The notes under the pieces: generated by a model
What the model saw: the letters and a program-made list of their open reading frames with translations, nothing else
Databases searched by the model: none
Told to the model about the DNA's origin: nothing
Source: Selaginella moellendorffii
Taxonomy: Eukaryota; Plantae; Lycopodiophyta
Assembly (NCBI RefSeq): GCF_000143415.4
Contig: NW_003314338.1
Location: 614,216-678,215 of the forward strand
Direction: 5' to 3'
Length of the DNA stretch: 64,000 bases
Shown: piece by piece, positions 1 to 11,574 of the stretch
Layout of the letters: each line of letters begins with the position of its first letter
How positions within the stretch are numbered: position 1 is the first letter of the stretch
Made by a program: the position numbers and the translations under genes

Positions 1-289
1 CCAGGGCAAGTTCATTTTATCACTACTAGAAACTTCATTATTGTCAGGTACATACCTCCATCTTTCATGCCATGCCTCATGAGTTGATTGCATACTGGTG
101 TTTCAAGAGGAATGCCTCTATATCAAAGATACCTACAATAGAATATAAATAAATTGAGTATAGTTGAGAAATTGTATGTTATCAGATTTAGCCCCTAGCT
201 TAGGCCCAACACCCCCTCAGGGGCTATTGGGCACTACTCCATAATATAGCTAGTTTTTACCATATTTTGTGAATATGTTAAAAGTAGTG

Positions 290-482
290 GCATTTGAGGT
301 GGTGGTGGTGGCACTATTGGTATCAATGGCAGTGATGACAATGGTTGCAATGGTGTTACTGGTGGTGATAATAGTGGTGGTTATAGTGGTAATGATGATG
401 ATGGCAATGATGGTGGTAATGGTGGCAATGAAGGTGGTGGTGGCAATGATAGCAGTGGTGGTAGAAATAGGGGTGGATGTGG
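290..482. repeat. Degenerate (GGT/GAT/AAT)n trinucleotide low-complexity tract
   Basis: Runs of ggtggtggtg/gatgatg/ggcaatg. It explains the Val/Met-only ORF 269..613. Confidence 0.8.
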
Positions 483-1152
483 ATTGGAGACATTTGATAG
501 CAGAGCTGGTAATGTGGATGGTAGAGTTATTGTTGTGGAAATCTCAATCTAAAAGTCATATTAGTTTTTGTCTTAGACCTCACCTTCCTCATGTTTTGTT
601 TTCTTTGATTTAACATCCTTATCCTTTTTATAGCTGTTTGCATTTCTAAAAATAAGAAAACTTATTATAAAGAAAGAAAAGAAAAATACATAAGAAATAC
701 GAGCAGCAAGATATGCTCTACAAAGCACCAACCCTTGCCAGTGTCTACTAGTACACTAGCCTACCAGCCACTGGCAGCAGCGAGAGTAGTGCTCAGGCAA
801 GCCTAGATGGCACGCTTGACCCACCCCATGCAACTCCCAAGTCCACCTGTACGGTGCTCATTTGCCGGTATGTTGGCATACTAGCTGTGTTAGGCAGCGT
901 CCAGGCCCACCAATCTAGCAGGCCGCTCAAGCCAAGCCCAGCTTGGGCTGACCCAATGCCTGGGCTGACTTGGTGCCTCACCTGTGTTGGGCCTATATCC
1001 ACCAGTACTCCAACATACTAGGTACGGGCGACAGTAGGCATAGCACCTAGCCCAACCCAACCCACATTGAGTGTTGCACGGGCTTGCTAGTATGCTAGTG
1101 TACTGGGCCCGACTCGATCTAGTGCCTAGCTTGTGTCCACTAGTTCACCAGT

Positions 1153-2015
1153 GTAAGTGATAAAATTTTCTATTTTACTTTAATCACTTAACCACATCTT
1201 TGACCACTTGGAGAAGTTTTATTTACAACCTTTATAAGTCTTATTCCTAATTTAGGGATATGCTAATCCCGTGAATGGCATCTATACCACTCAACATTTG
1301 CACTTGGTTCAAGTGCTTCATGTGTCTAATCCCATAAAGACACCCAAAGGTACCACTGACATATCAGCTTGCTATGCTAAGGCTAGATTCATTCAGCTTT
1401 GTTTTGTGGGTAATTCAAATTACCCTACTTTTCTGTCCATGTTCACTCTAGCCTTAGACTCCTTAGTTGTTATATTATCACCCACTATGTGGGTATAGCC
1501 TTCCTTAGTTACATTGACCTTTCTTGGCCAAACTAGTTTGACTAGAGTCCTCCCCTTACTATCCTTTTAGAGCCCATCAAACCCCTTAGGGTTTGGGAGA
1601 CGATCACTTTGGGATTTCACCCTCAAACTTAGACTCGAATTTAGACTTCAACTTAGATTCAGACTTAAACTCGGACTCGGACTCAAACTAGGACTCAGTC
1701 CCGATATTAATCTCGGTCTCGGTCTCAAACTCAGTCTTTGTTTGAACTCGGACTCAGACTAGGACTTAGTCTTGGTACTAGTCTTGGTCTCAGACTCGGT
1801 CTTTATCCGGTCTCAATCTCGGTCCCAATCTCAATCCTTATTTTAGTCCCCATCTCGAACTCCTTCTTAGACTCTATTTTGAACTCTTTCTCAAACTCCA
1901 TCTCGGATTCTTACTCAGACTCCATCTCGAACTCCTTCTCAAACTCTATCTCAGATTCTTGCTCAGACTCATTTCCAACTCCTTTTCAAACTCTATCTCA
2001 GGCTCCATCTCAAAT
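1153..2015 (-). mobile_element. Truncated LTR, family A (with GAGTCC/GAGACC hexamer array)
   Basis: 1153 tgtaagtgataaaattttctattttactttaatcacttaacc is the reverse complement of the end of the full copy at about 17110-17151. It continues into the gactcg/gtctca repeat array at 1630-2010. Confidence 0.8.
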
Positions 2016-3129
2016 TTTTATTTGGATTGTAGATTTTATCTCCCAAATAGATATATCTGGGTCAAGTGACCTTACTAATGCATAAGTACATTTTGACCAT
2101 ATAGAGTGGGTATTGGGTTGAACAACCATAAGAGCTCACGTATATGATTCAAGATAGTTATTTTTTCTTACTACCTTAAATTGATTTTAAGTATTGCCCT
2201 TTTTATAGGTTATGTTTCAACTTGACCATTAGAACATGAGAGTTTAAAATATAATACTAGATAGCCAAGAAAAATATTTTGGAAGTCCCTCTCCAACATT
2301 GTACTAAATCGAATTGGTATGCTTACCAATTTTTGTGGTTTTATTGTAGATGGGTCTAGGGCTAATTGGAATGATGTCCAAGCAATTTTTGGGAATAGTC
2401 AACCCCTAAAAGGTTATGAGAGGACTTGGGCTTAGGGCTTAAACTAGCACTACTATCTTATTAAGCCAGATTAATAAGTAGTGTTTAATGAGTTGTGCAA
2501 ACAATGATAAATTGCACCTTCTAAAGAAGAGCATGAGGTAAAAGCAAATGAAATCTGAATATGGTGGTGTGCAGATGGCCATATAAATATAAGTTATGTA
2601 CCACAACTTAAGTCTTAGTTGGGGTGGTAGGAAGTTAGGATGTTTTAATGAGGACATCACTCTTTTCAAGTTGGTTTTTCTTTTTTCTTCTTTTCTTATT
2701 GCCTTTAATATCATCTTTTTCATTAGACCAACCACTTAACGATCTCGCATACACCTTAACTATGAATCTCTCATAGAGTAAATATTGGAGTTAGTGTTCT
2801 TCTGAAGCAGAGAAAGGGAAGATAAGTTTATATAAAATATGTCTATCAAATTTGATACATGCTATAAAGCAATTTTAAAAAGCCTTGACATTTAAGGAAG
2901 GAAGATATATTGGAACAAGACTTTCAATTTCAATGTTATACAATAGGATGAAGAAGAAAATGACTCTACTAGCACGAATAGTGGCAACTGTAGTGGAGGA
3001 AGTGGTTTACAACATATCTATGGAGTACACTCCTCAGGCTTCTATTGGTGACATGAAGACCTTTCACTCAAAACATCACTTTTCTTTGCTAGTGAAGAAG
3101 TTAATGTAATGCATTCTATCTTTCTCCTT

Positions 3130-3266
3130 TTAAGCCAACTGGAAAAAGGGTAATTGTTTGATGAGAAAGCTTTTAGTGGTTATTTTATCCCCATTTATCC
3201 CCCAAGGTTCCAAGGATTCACAATGACAATATATCCAAATCTCATCCCATAATCACATACATTACA
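3130..3266 (+). repeat. Dispersed ~135 bp repeat, probable 3' end of a third LTR family (C); also at 12630-12762 (+) and 18558-18700 (-)
   Basis: Shared ccccaaggttccaaggat...atccaaatctcatccca(t/a)gatcacat...taca. All copies end in -TACA like the other LTRs. Confidence 0.65.
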
Positions 3267-4049
3267 TTCACCCCAACTTTAAAAATGTCAATGTCCTCAT
3301 TGACTATTGACTAATAACCTCTACTGAGGCAAGGGGAACTAACACCTTAATTTTCATATTGAATCTACCAATCCTTCCATTATGTAAATTAATTATTCCA
3401 TGTGAGGCAACTAATCATCCACCCGTACCGAGATTCTCGCATTGTAATCATCTCTAACTCACTTGGTGTCAATTTTGCATGCTTCTACTGCCACGTTCCT
3501 ACCACACCTTGTGATACTAAGCTATGGATCCTCTTGTTGTGGAGATAGCTAGATGCTGGGACATTCACATGCAACAGCAGCTATTTGGAGACAAGTCCTC
3601 GTTAGCAGCACCATCCAGCTCGAGTGGATACCAGCAAATGCTCCAACAACATGCTATCAAGGCAGCTCCCTTGTCGTCTCAACATCATGGCAAAGCTCCT
3701 GAACAGGGGAACGTGCTCTAGACAGCTACACATGAACACCAGCCACGCGAGGACAGAAGAAAAAGGCCACAGTTGCTCAACAGTTTGACAGGGAAATTGA
3801 TCCGGCACTGAAAGAAGCGCCACCTGCTCAGCTTATTGCGTGTAGACTCGACTCAAAGCTGAAGGATGTCCTCCAAGGCCAGCCAGTCACAGCAGAAAGC
3901 AACATAGACAATTTCATAAGCCTCGATCTCTCTTGGCAATCTTTTGCGAGTAGCCTTGGGAATTGGCCAATGGTTGGAAGACTTGGTGAGAGCATCTGGC
4001 ACGTTCGTCTCACTGTCGACCCGTCCACACTGTGACTACACGAGTGACT

Positions 4050-4400
4050 TCTGATCCAAGAGCTTTCATCATCCCAATGTGGATTTCCATTGTCAATGCC
4101 TTGGCCGACTTGGGTTTTAGCACCAACACCATCACTTGAGCTTGCATGACGTACTGGGCTCAACATCTCTCCAAACTATCAGGTGCTACTCAAGACTTTT
4201 GCAAACTATAGCATCAACCTTGCTGGAATCTGCTCTGACGTACCAATCTCAGTGCATGGAGTCACTGCAAGTGTAGATCTCATCGTAGTCAACTACACCG
4301 CACTTGCAGCACCCTTACTCAAATATTCTTTGATACTTGGGAGGCCGTGGCATGCAGCCGCAAATTGCCACACAGCATGCATGTTCTTCATCCCCTCCTC
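4050..4400 (+). pseudogene. Decayed Ty3/gypsy-type aspartic protease remnant
   Basis: Translation gives ALADLGFSTNTI (degenerate D-S/T-G motif), then VPISVHGVTASVDLIVV...LILGRPW, the retrotransposon protease C-terminal motif. Interrupted by stops. Confidence 0.7.
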
Positions 4401-6984
4401 GAGTTCTGGGACAGTGAGTGCTTCGGTTACTGTGGAGATGGCTCACATAACCCTTTGAGATCATGTTTTGTCGCATCATCACTCACCACAACAGTTTCTC
4501 ACCAGCTCTACATGACTTGACCTCTTCGGGTGAAGACCAGGCATCTCAGGTGGACACCGTCACCTTTGGAGGTAGTATTTCATCCAAGTTTGCACAAGGA
4601 TAAGCTTGGAACCAACATTTGCAAAATATTTAAGGCAACAACACCTATTGTAGTGGATTCTGGTGGTACAGAGACTCAAGAGAAGGCCACAGGGATGAAC
4701 CTTCATCCAATGGCAGAAGCTTCTTTGGCAAATGCAGACGATCCAGTCATTTTCAACAAATGCCTGAGTATGCCACTTGCAGCAGTTGGAGAACAAAGCC
4801 TTGCCATGCAGTTCGAGTGCCTGTCCTGGGCCACATATCCAACCAACCATTTGTGCTTGTGTATTAACTTGTCCTTTACAGGAAAAAGCTCACAAACCCA
4901 TGTACTTTTTCATGGATCCCCATAAACTTGACAGGCAAAGGCATTACGACCACCCCGAGCATCATTTTGGCTCCAGCTCTTTTGTGTTGTGAGCATGGAG
5001 GCCCTCCCATGAACCTGAGACACTAATAGAAGCTTTTCAACGTGGCGCATGCAAAATCCAATGGTTCCCAAAAAGTTGGCGACAATAAAGTAGCGGCTCT
5101 TTCTCTAGACTTCTGCCACATTCAGGAGTTTCTTCCTGGTTTTCCCAAACACTACTGGCCACACTCTTCAGCTTCCAGCCAGACACCAACATCTTGGAGT
5201 CATCACATTGCATCTGCAACACTGTTCCAACAAGACACAGCTTTCTCCTCGAATTCTTCCAGCTCCAGCTTCAGATTCTAGCACGGTCTTCATTGTTGAG
5301 CCTTTCAGTCTTCCAGTCTACAGAGATCTAGCAAGACCACAGCTGCTCAGCACAGCCTCCAACTTCAAGTTCTCCAACAACATCATTTGTGATCTCTCCA
5401 GATTCTCTCAAAGACTCAAACTCCGACATTTCCAGTGGAGGCCGAGGCATCCTTCTGGACTCCCTCTACCCTCTAGAGGCGAGCTTTAGCATGGCTTCAT
5501 TCATCAAGAGCTGGAGACACAGTCTTCTTCTCTAGTGGTGATGCTCTTTCTCATTTCATTTTCTTTTATTCTACTTTCTTTCACTTTCCTCTCTCTTTCC
5601 AGGACAAATATCTATCATGCAGCAAGTTCCAGCCCGAGCTTTGGTCATGAGGTGGCATCAACTTCATTTGTGTGGGAGCTCATTGCATTTCCTGGCTCTA
5701 CCTCCATTTGTTTCCAAGTTCTTTTTATTCACTTCAGTCTGCATGCATTCCCCTCTATTTTCAATCAGCCACTGTTGCAAATTGGTTCTCTATGACATCC
5801 TACACCATTGCTTGTTACACAATACACATGCCCACAGTGCGATCATTCTATTTTCCTCCATACTCCATCGCCTTCCATAAAATCTCTTCACATCACTTCA
5901 TCAAGGACATCCTAAGCTATCAACAAGAACAGAAATCACAGAATTCTAACAAGAAATCAAAAGTTCTAGCTAAGACCTCACTTCAGTCACAATGTACTAG
6001 AATCCTAGGAGTGGATTGGCGAGTGACTCCCAACTAGCAGGAGTGACCAGAAAACTATGAGATATAGTCCAAAAGCTGGCAACTTCTTCAACTCCAGGCA
6101 ATCAGTGGACAAATGCTATCACCAAAAAGCTACTTTTCTACCAGAAAAAGCCATCAAATACAAGTTTAAGGCTATCAACTTCTACAATATCTCTATTTAG
6201 CCATTCCATCACAATCTTATTTAAAACATTCACATCAACCACCACTCTTTGGAAACTTATGGGGACTAATTAGGAGATCAATGGAGTATTTTTCATGAGT
6301 TTGGGGACCTCATAGAAATTGTCTGGTATGGGCTTTCTTATCTATTTGCTTCTTAGCCTCTTTTACTTTGTCTTTCCACTTTTTAGTGGCTAATTCTTTT
6401 GTCAAGTTTTTCTATATAATTTCCCTTTGATTCTAGAACTTCACACTTTCTCCCACACTTCTTTCTATTAGTTTTCATCACTTTTCTTTGCCATTTTCTT
6501 TTTTTTTTCTTCTTTTTTTTCTTGTTATTTCTTCACTTTTCACCAATTACCCACATTAATATAGTAGGGGTTATGCAACAGAGTCTGGTGCATTCCTCTG
6601 TTATTGAGGAGATAGTTAGATACCAACAATATTCTGATCTATAGCACCCTCTCCATCTGTATTTGAGCACAGGAAAAATAAAGATCACCATTTTATACAA
6701 GAGCATGAATGAGAGAAAGAGGAGGTTGAGAAGCTCAATATTGCTGTGGACTTCTGCCACCTTTATGCTTCTCTAATGAAGCTTCTAAACCTGTGTGCCT
6801 TAATGCTAGCAGTCTGAAGAAGGTGGTGTCATTGAAATCAGGGACATAAAGTCGAAAGTTTTCTTGTGGTTGCTGTGCTGAACCGTGAGAAACCACCCTA
6901 GAAAGGTGTAATGAACAAATTCATCACTCAAGCCACGTGGCATGGAAATAGGCCACAGTTTGACAGGGAAATTGACCTGTAAGC

Positions 6985-7388
6985 TGAGCAGGTAGCGCTT
7001 CTTTCAGGGCCGGATCAATTTCCCTGTCAAACTGTTGAGCAACTGTGGCCTTTTTCTTCTGTCCTCACGTGGCTACTGTGATGTGGTGTGCATGTGTAGC
7101 TGTCTAGAGCACGTTCCCCTGTTCAGGAGCTTTGCCATGATGTTGAGACGACAAGGGAACTGCACGTTGTTGGAGCATTTGCTGGTATCCACTCGAGCTG
7201 GACGGTGCTGCTAACGAGGACTTGTCTCCAAATAGCTGCTGCTGCACGTGAATGTCCCAGCATCTAGCTATCTCCACAACAGGAGGATCCATAGCTTAGT
7301 ATCACAAGGTGTGGTAGGAACGTGGCAGCAGAAGCATGCAAAATCGACACCAAGTGAGTTAGAGATGATTACAATGCGAGAATCTCGG
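6985..7388 (-). repeat. Inverted duplicate of 3429-3835
   Basis: ORFs 3524..3721 (+) and 7104..7292 (-) are near-identical, and the DNA is the reverse complement throughout. Confidence 0.9.
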
Positions 7389-7546
7389 GCTTGCAAGGAT
7401 AACAGTGACCCTTTGGTCTTAAGAACAGGTTTTCATCTCCTTAGAAAACAAAGTGTTCTTCATGAGGAATTTCTTCGTGCATTGCGAACAGCCGTAGACT
7501 AACAGTGTTCTCAAGCACGTTTGAGAACAAAGCAGTGTGAGAGAGC
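7387..7546. repeat. ~160 bp segment X, inverted relative to 12267-12444
   Basis: gggcttgcaa...cagtgaccctttggtcttaagaacaggttttcatctccttagaaaa...gtgtgagagagc matches the reverse complement of 12267-12444 with few differences. Confidence 0.9.
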
Positions 7547-7990
7547 TCCAAGTGCCGCGTCTCGATCTTTTGCATTGGCTCTAGCACCGTGGACTGGCTC
7601 GTGGAGGAGATGAAGAACCGTGGGCCTTGCACAGGGGGGAAGAAGTGGACCCGGACGTGTACAGGAATCCATTCTCGGTGATTGTCACGGACGTCTATCG
7701 GAGGGCCTCACAGGATGTGATCAACTTTGATCTGCTTGGAACGTATGACGAGTATGTGCAGCGTATTGGTAACGATCAAGGCAGGAGCATCAAGGTGGTG
7801 ATCAACATTGGCACTAATGAGGAACAGCGTCACTTCCCTGGCATGGTACCGCTGCCTGCTGATTGTTATTGCATCCGCACCAAGCTGCCACTCTGGTTTG
7901 ATGTGTGAAGTTTGCGTTTTTCTTTCTTTCATATTAGTATATTGTAATTAGTTAACTAATTTCGTTCCTTCATGTTTAGTAGTAACTAAT
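7541..7990 (+). pseudogene. 5'-truncated, frameshifted copy of the 3' end of the eIF4A-like pseudo-helicase
   Basis: Encodes HRGEEVDPDVYRNPFSVIVTDVY...PLWFDV* as in 9071..9450. It has a 13-bp deletion near 7620 relative to the intact gene. Confidence 0.9.
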
Positions 7991-7999
7991 CCATCAGCT

Positions 8000-8225
8000 A
8001 ATGTTTCAATCTTCGTTTAAAATGAACATTAATTTGCTTTCGTGTTTAGTAGCTCTCGCTTGCAGCCACGTAGAACCCCATTCTCGTAAGACGTGGAGGT
8101 GATGTGGATGGCAGTGGCAGTAGCAAGTATACATAGCCTTCTTGAAAACAGTGCGTGGTTTAAATTCGAGCGTCTTGAGTGATCATGGTGAAGACTGGAT
8201 CGCAAGTAAGTCATTCTCAGCATAA
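8000..8225 (-). pseudogene. Rearranged 3'-end fragment of the BURP gene (copy of about 56790-56990)
   Basis: 8085-8225 is the reverse complement of the BURP stop region (gctgagaatgacttacttgcgatccagtcttcaccatga). 8000-8060 matches 56928-56988 in direct orientation. Confidence 0.85.
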
Positions 8226-8227
8226 GC

Positions 8228-8740
8228 TATGGGGGGTTTCCAAATGTATAGTAGGGATAGCGGGTAGGTCAAGCATGGCCGAATAACCTAAGGCATAGTC
8301 TAGCTCCCGCTTGCGTGCCTGTCTTTGTTCTACGTCCGACTTGGGTCTAAGCCCAAGTTTCATTCTATGCTAGCTGGTGGAATACCTATATCCTCGTGTT
8401 AGGCCACCAGTATGCCGAAATAACGCCAGCTCTGTTTGGCTCCATTTTGCATACTGGTCCTAGCATTAGGATGTTAGTTGTTTTAAGACTGTTCTAAGTT
8501 GCTCTAGGCTCCTGTCCCTTCGCTCCTTGGCCTATATGTTTGAGAGTTGCTCCGTGGTTCGGTTTCATCACTTTTTGGCTCTATATTTAGGAGTTTGGCA
8601 CTGTTCTTTTGTTCAGTGGCCTAAGGCCCTTTACACCATTGTCCTTAAGACATATGGTATATGACTGGTTTAAGTTCTACTTTGTGGTTATCCTATGGTA
8701 AATCACTATAGGATAAAGGGACAAAACCAGGTGTGCTACA
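8228..8740 (+). mobile_element. 3' half of a family B LTR
   Basis: ggggggtttccaaatgtatagtagggatag...tatcctatggtaaatcactataggata...gtgctaca, homologous to 24890-25439. Confidence 0.9.
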
Positions 8741-9070
8741 TTAATCCAATTGATCAAATAAAGTTTATAATTATAAGCATATTTGTAATTTATAAATACA
8801 AGATTAATTTGATTGCATATCAACCATTAAATGATAGAATAAAAAACATATACTAGGAAAAGTTTAAGAAAGTTTATAAATTATAAATACAAAATTAATC
8901 TAACCATCCTGTTTGTGGCTTGGGGATGGATCTGGGGAGGCCCATTTGCACATCTTTTTTCTTGTAATCGTTCTTTGCGAAATATTTAAAGCCAACCTTT
9001 TGTAAAATACTCGAGATTAGTTATCAACCAATTACAATATACTAATATGAAAGAAAGAAAAACGCGAACT

Positions 9071-10723
9071 TCACACATCAAACCAGAGTGGCAGCTTGGT
9101 ATGGATGCGATAACAATCAGCAGGCAGCGGTACCATGTCAGGGAAGCAACGCTGTTCCTCAGTAGTGCCAATGTTGATCACCACCTTGATGCTCCTGCCT
9201 CGATCGTTACCAACACGCTGCACATACTCGTCATACGTTCCAGGCAGATCAAAGTTGATCACGTCCTGTGAGGCCCTCCGGTAGACGTCCGTGACAATCA
9301 CCGAGAATGGATTCCTGTACACGTCCGGGTCCACTTCTTCGCCCCTGTGCAAGGCCCACGCCACAAAACCCCGGTTCCTCATCTCCTCCACGAGCCAGTC
9401 CACGGTGCTAGAGCCGATGCAAAAGATCGAGACGCGGCACTTGGAGCTCTCGAGCTGCTCCCAGATCGTGCATAGCTTCTCCAGCTTCTCGTGCTTGCTG
9501 TCCGCTAGAGCAAAGAACTCGCACACTCCCCGCATTGAAACTTTGGCCTCCGGGATCGAGTACAGCGTCCTGGCACTGAGCAGCTCCTCCACGGCTGGGG
9601 TTTTTGTGGAGCAGTGTATGCCGATCTGGGAAGGCATGCAGAGGTTTACAAGGCGACGGATCTGCAACGAAAAAGCTGTGCATTCCCAAAGAGTGTCCCT
9701 GGAAAGTTTTTTAGTCACGTACCTTCCATGCACAAGCAGACTCGAGTAGCTCGTCAGCTTGGACGACGACTAGACTTCCCACGTAGCTGGGCATGACAAG
9801 CTCGTCAATAGAGTCTACAAGGACATGAGCACCTTCCCTGTTGCTGATGTTGAGAGCGCCGACGCCGAGCTCGGTTGCGCAGGCTTGAAGAAGCTCGGCC
9901 ATGAGAGGGAGCTTGTCTCTTGGAGCTAGAACGAGAGGAGCGGCGACACGAGACCGGGAGCAGCGAATGATGCCAGGCAGAAAGAGCGGCAGATCGGCCC
10001 AGTCGTGGATGAGAACGTTGCTCTTCCCCCAGGAAAACATGGTCAGCCCCGAAGTGAAGAGCGAGTCTTCCCAACCATCGTAGCACTTCGTCACTGGAAT
10101 GATATCAGATGAACGAAAACCTCGAGCTAGAACGCAAAGACAGACTTACGAGGCATGTACTTCTCCAGAAAGTGTGAGCTCGCTGGAGCGGGGCGTGGAG
10201 GAGCGAACCACTGCCTTGGCTGGACGTCCAGCTTGCTAAAGCTTGCAAACTCTTCGAAGCCTGCGAAGGCGCTGGCAAAGCTGAAAGCTTGTGCGACGGA
10301 ATCGGCGCTGGCTTGCTTGTCGATGAGAAGCGCCCTGACGGTGATGGAGGAGAGGTGCCCGGCGCGGTCGTAGTGGAGAGCCTGGCCGGGAGTGGCGATG
10401 ATCATGTCCAGCGCCCCAAGCAGCCAGCTCTGCTCCGGCAAGAAGCTGCCGATGAGCAGCCTGGAGGTGGAGGCGCGCAGCAGCCGCACAAACGCCGGGA
10501 TCTTTGCGTCCTCCGTGAGCAGGAATGCGACGCGCCGGAACGTCTGATTCGTTGAGAAGGCGGCTTCCACCAGGCGGAGGCAGCCGCGCAGCCGGTCCTC
10601 GCCAAGCTTGACACCCCTGCACACACAGATGATCGATCGCGTTCCATTCTCGACCACTCACTTGTTATCGTCCGAGGGAAGGATGATCTGGACCTGCTCC
10701 GCCCAGAAGCCGGGTTGCGCCAT
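9071..10723 (-). CDS. Divergent eIF4A/DEAD-box-like pseudo-helicase, ~496 aa; exons 10662-10723, 10150-10616, 9723-10093, 9071-9661
   Basis: Three GT-AG introns (45, 56, 61 nt) join four exons into one open 1491-nt frame. The C-terminal part follows eIF4A HELICc (KLEKLCTIWEQL, IFC...VDWLVEEMRNRG, VINFDLP, YVQRVG). The middle has LVVVQADELL (degenerate DEAD). The N-terminal part has DMIIATPG (motif Ib). Exon 1 is the least certain. Confidence 0.8.
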
Positions 10724-10779
10724 CGCCGATTGGGGAGGAAGTCTCCAAGAACCCTAATTGGCGGGAACCCTAATTGGAG
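10724..10779. promoter_or_regulatory. 56-bp divergent intergenic spacer with two telo-box-like 13-mers
   Basis: GAACCCTAATTGG occurs at 10749-10761 and 10765-10777. The canonical plant telo-box is AAACCCTA. Confidence 0.5.
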
Positions 10780-11574
10780 ATGGTGGTCCGTGTGCTTGGC
10801 GGTGGCGCGGCGAGCGGGATCGTGTATGGATTTGGGGGGAAAGCGTTTAAGGTGAGCATGGAAGGCAACGATCAGCGGGCCGAGCGCAAGTTCCAGGAAC
10901 TCATTGCCATGGCTTGGGCTGCCAAGGAGAAGGAGCTCAAGGTCTGCAAGCTCCTCTCTTTCCACAGCTCGCTACAGGAGGCAGCTGATGCTTACGGGCT
11001 CCCCGCACAGTTTCCAGAGAAGGAGAAGCACTGGGGCAGGAGCGTGCTGGTCATGGAGGAGATCCCCGCATTCCAGAGTTCTGTGTGGTACCGTGTCGTG
11101 CCTGCGGAGTATGAGCCGGGAATCCTTCGCCTCTACCTTGGCCAGGAGGAGACGTGCATCGACGAGTATCCAGAGCTCAGCGATGAGCAGCGGGCGAGGA
11201 TCCACAAGTACAGGAAGCCGGCTGTTGGGTGGAAGGCTGCACGGGATCTCTTGGGAGTGGACGTTGCAGCGGTGGCTTCCGACCTCGGGATCTTCATGGC
11301 TTTCCTGCACGACGAGCTCTCGCTGGACGGAGCCGATGTCGAAGTCCAGATCGGACAGAATGCGTGCCGGTTTGTGGTCGACTTCTCTCACCTCGGCAGC
11401 TTTTCTGATGCGGATACCGCGGGGAAGGCCATGCGTGTCAACGAGAAGTTCTTCCCACGAGCAGCGGGTGCGGGGGCGCCTGGGGCTTTTCTCTGGAAGG
11501 CCTTCACCGACGGTTACCTGCAGAACGCGAAGAGCTTGGCAACTGCTCTCAAAGTCCTCGATCAGCTTGCCTGA
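10780..11574 (+). CDS. Intronless atypical protein-kinase-fold protein, fungal DUF3669-like (264 aa)
   Basis: Open GC-rich ORF from ATG 10780. Motif order: Gly loop LGGGAASGIVY, AFKV, VLVMEEIP, RLYLG, FLHDELSLDGADVEVQIG, VVDF, NEKFFPR, LWKAFTDGYL. Family assignment is from recalled motifs, not a search. Confidence 0.75.
   Translation: MVVRVLGGGAASGIVYGFGGKAFKVSMEGNDQRAERKFQELIAMAWAAKEKELKVCKLLSFHSSLQEAADAYGLPAQFPEKEKHWGRSVLVMEEIPAFQSSVWYRVVPAEYEPGILRLYLGQEETCIDEYPELSDEQRARIHKYRKPAVGWKAARDLLGVDVAAVASDLGIFMAFLHDELSLDGADVEVQIGQNACRFVVDFSHLGSFSDADTAGKAMRVNEKFFPRAAGAGAPGAFLWKAFTDGYLQNAKSLATALKVLDQLA

Noticed and set aside
269-613. Hydrophobic 114-aa ORF
   Set aside because: Translation of a degenerate trinucleotide repeat.
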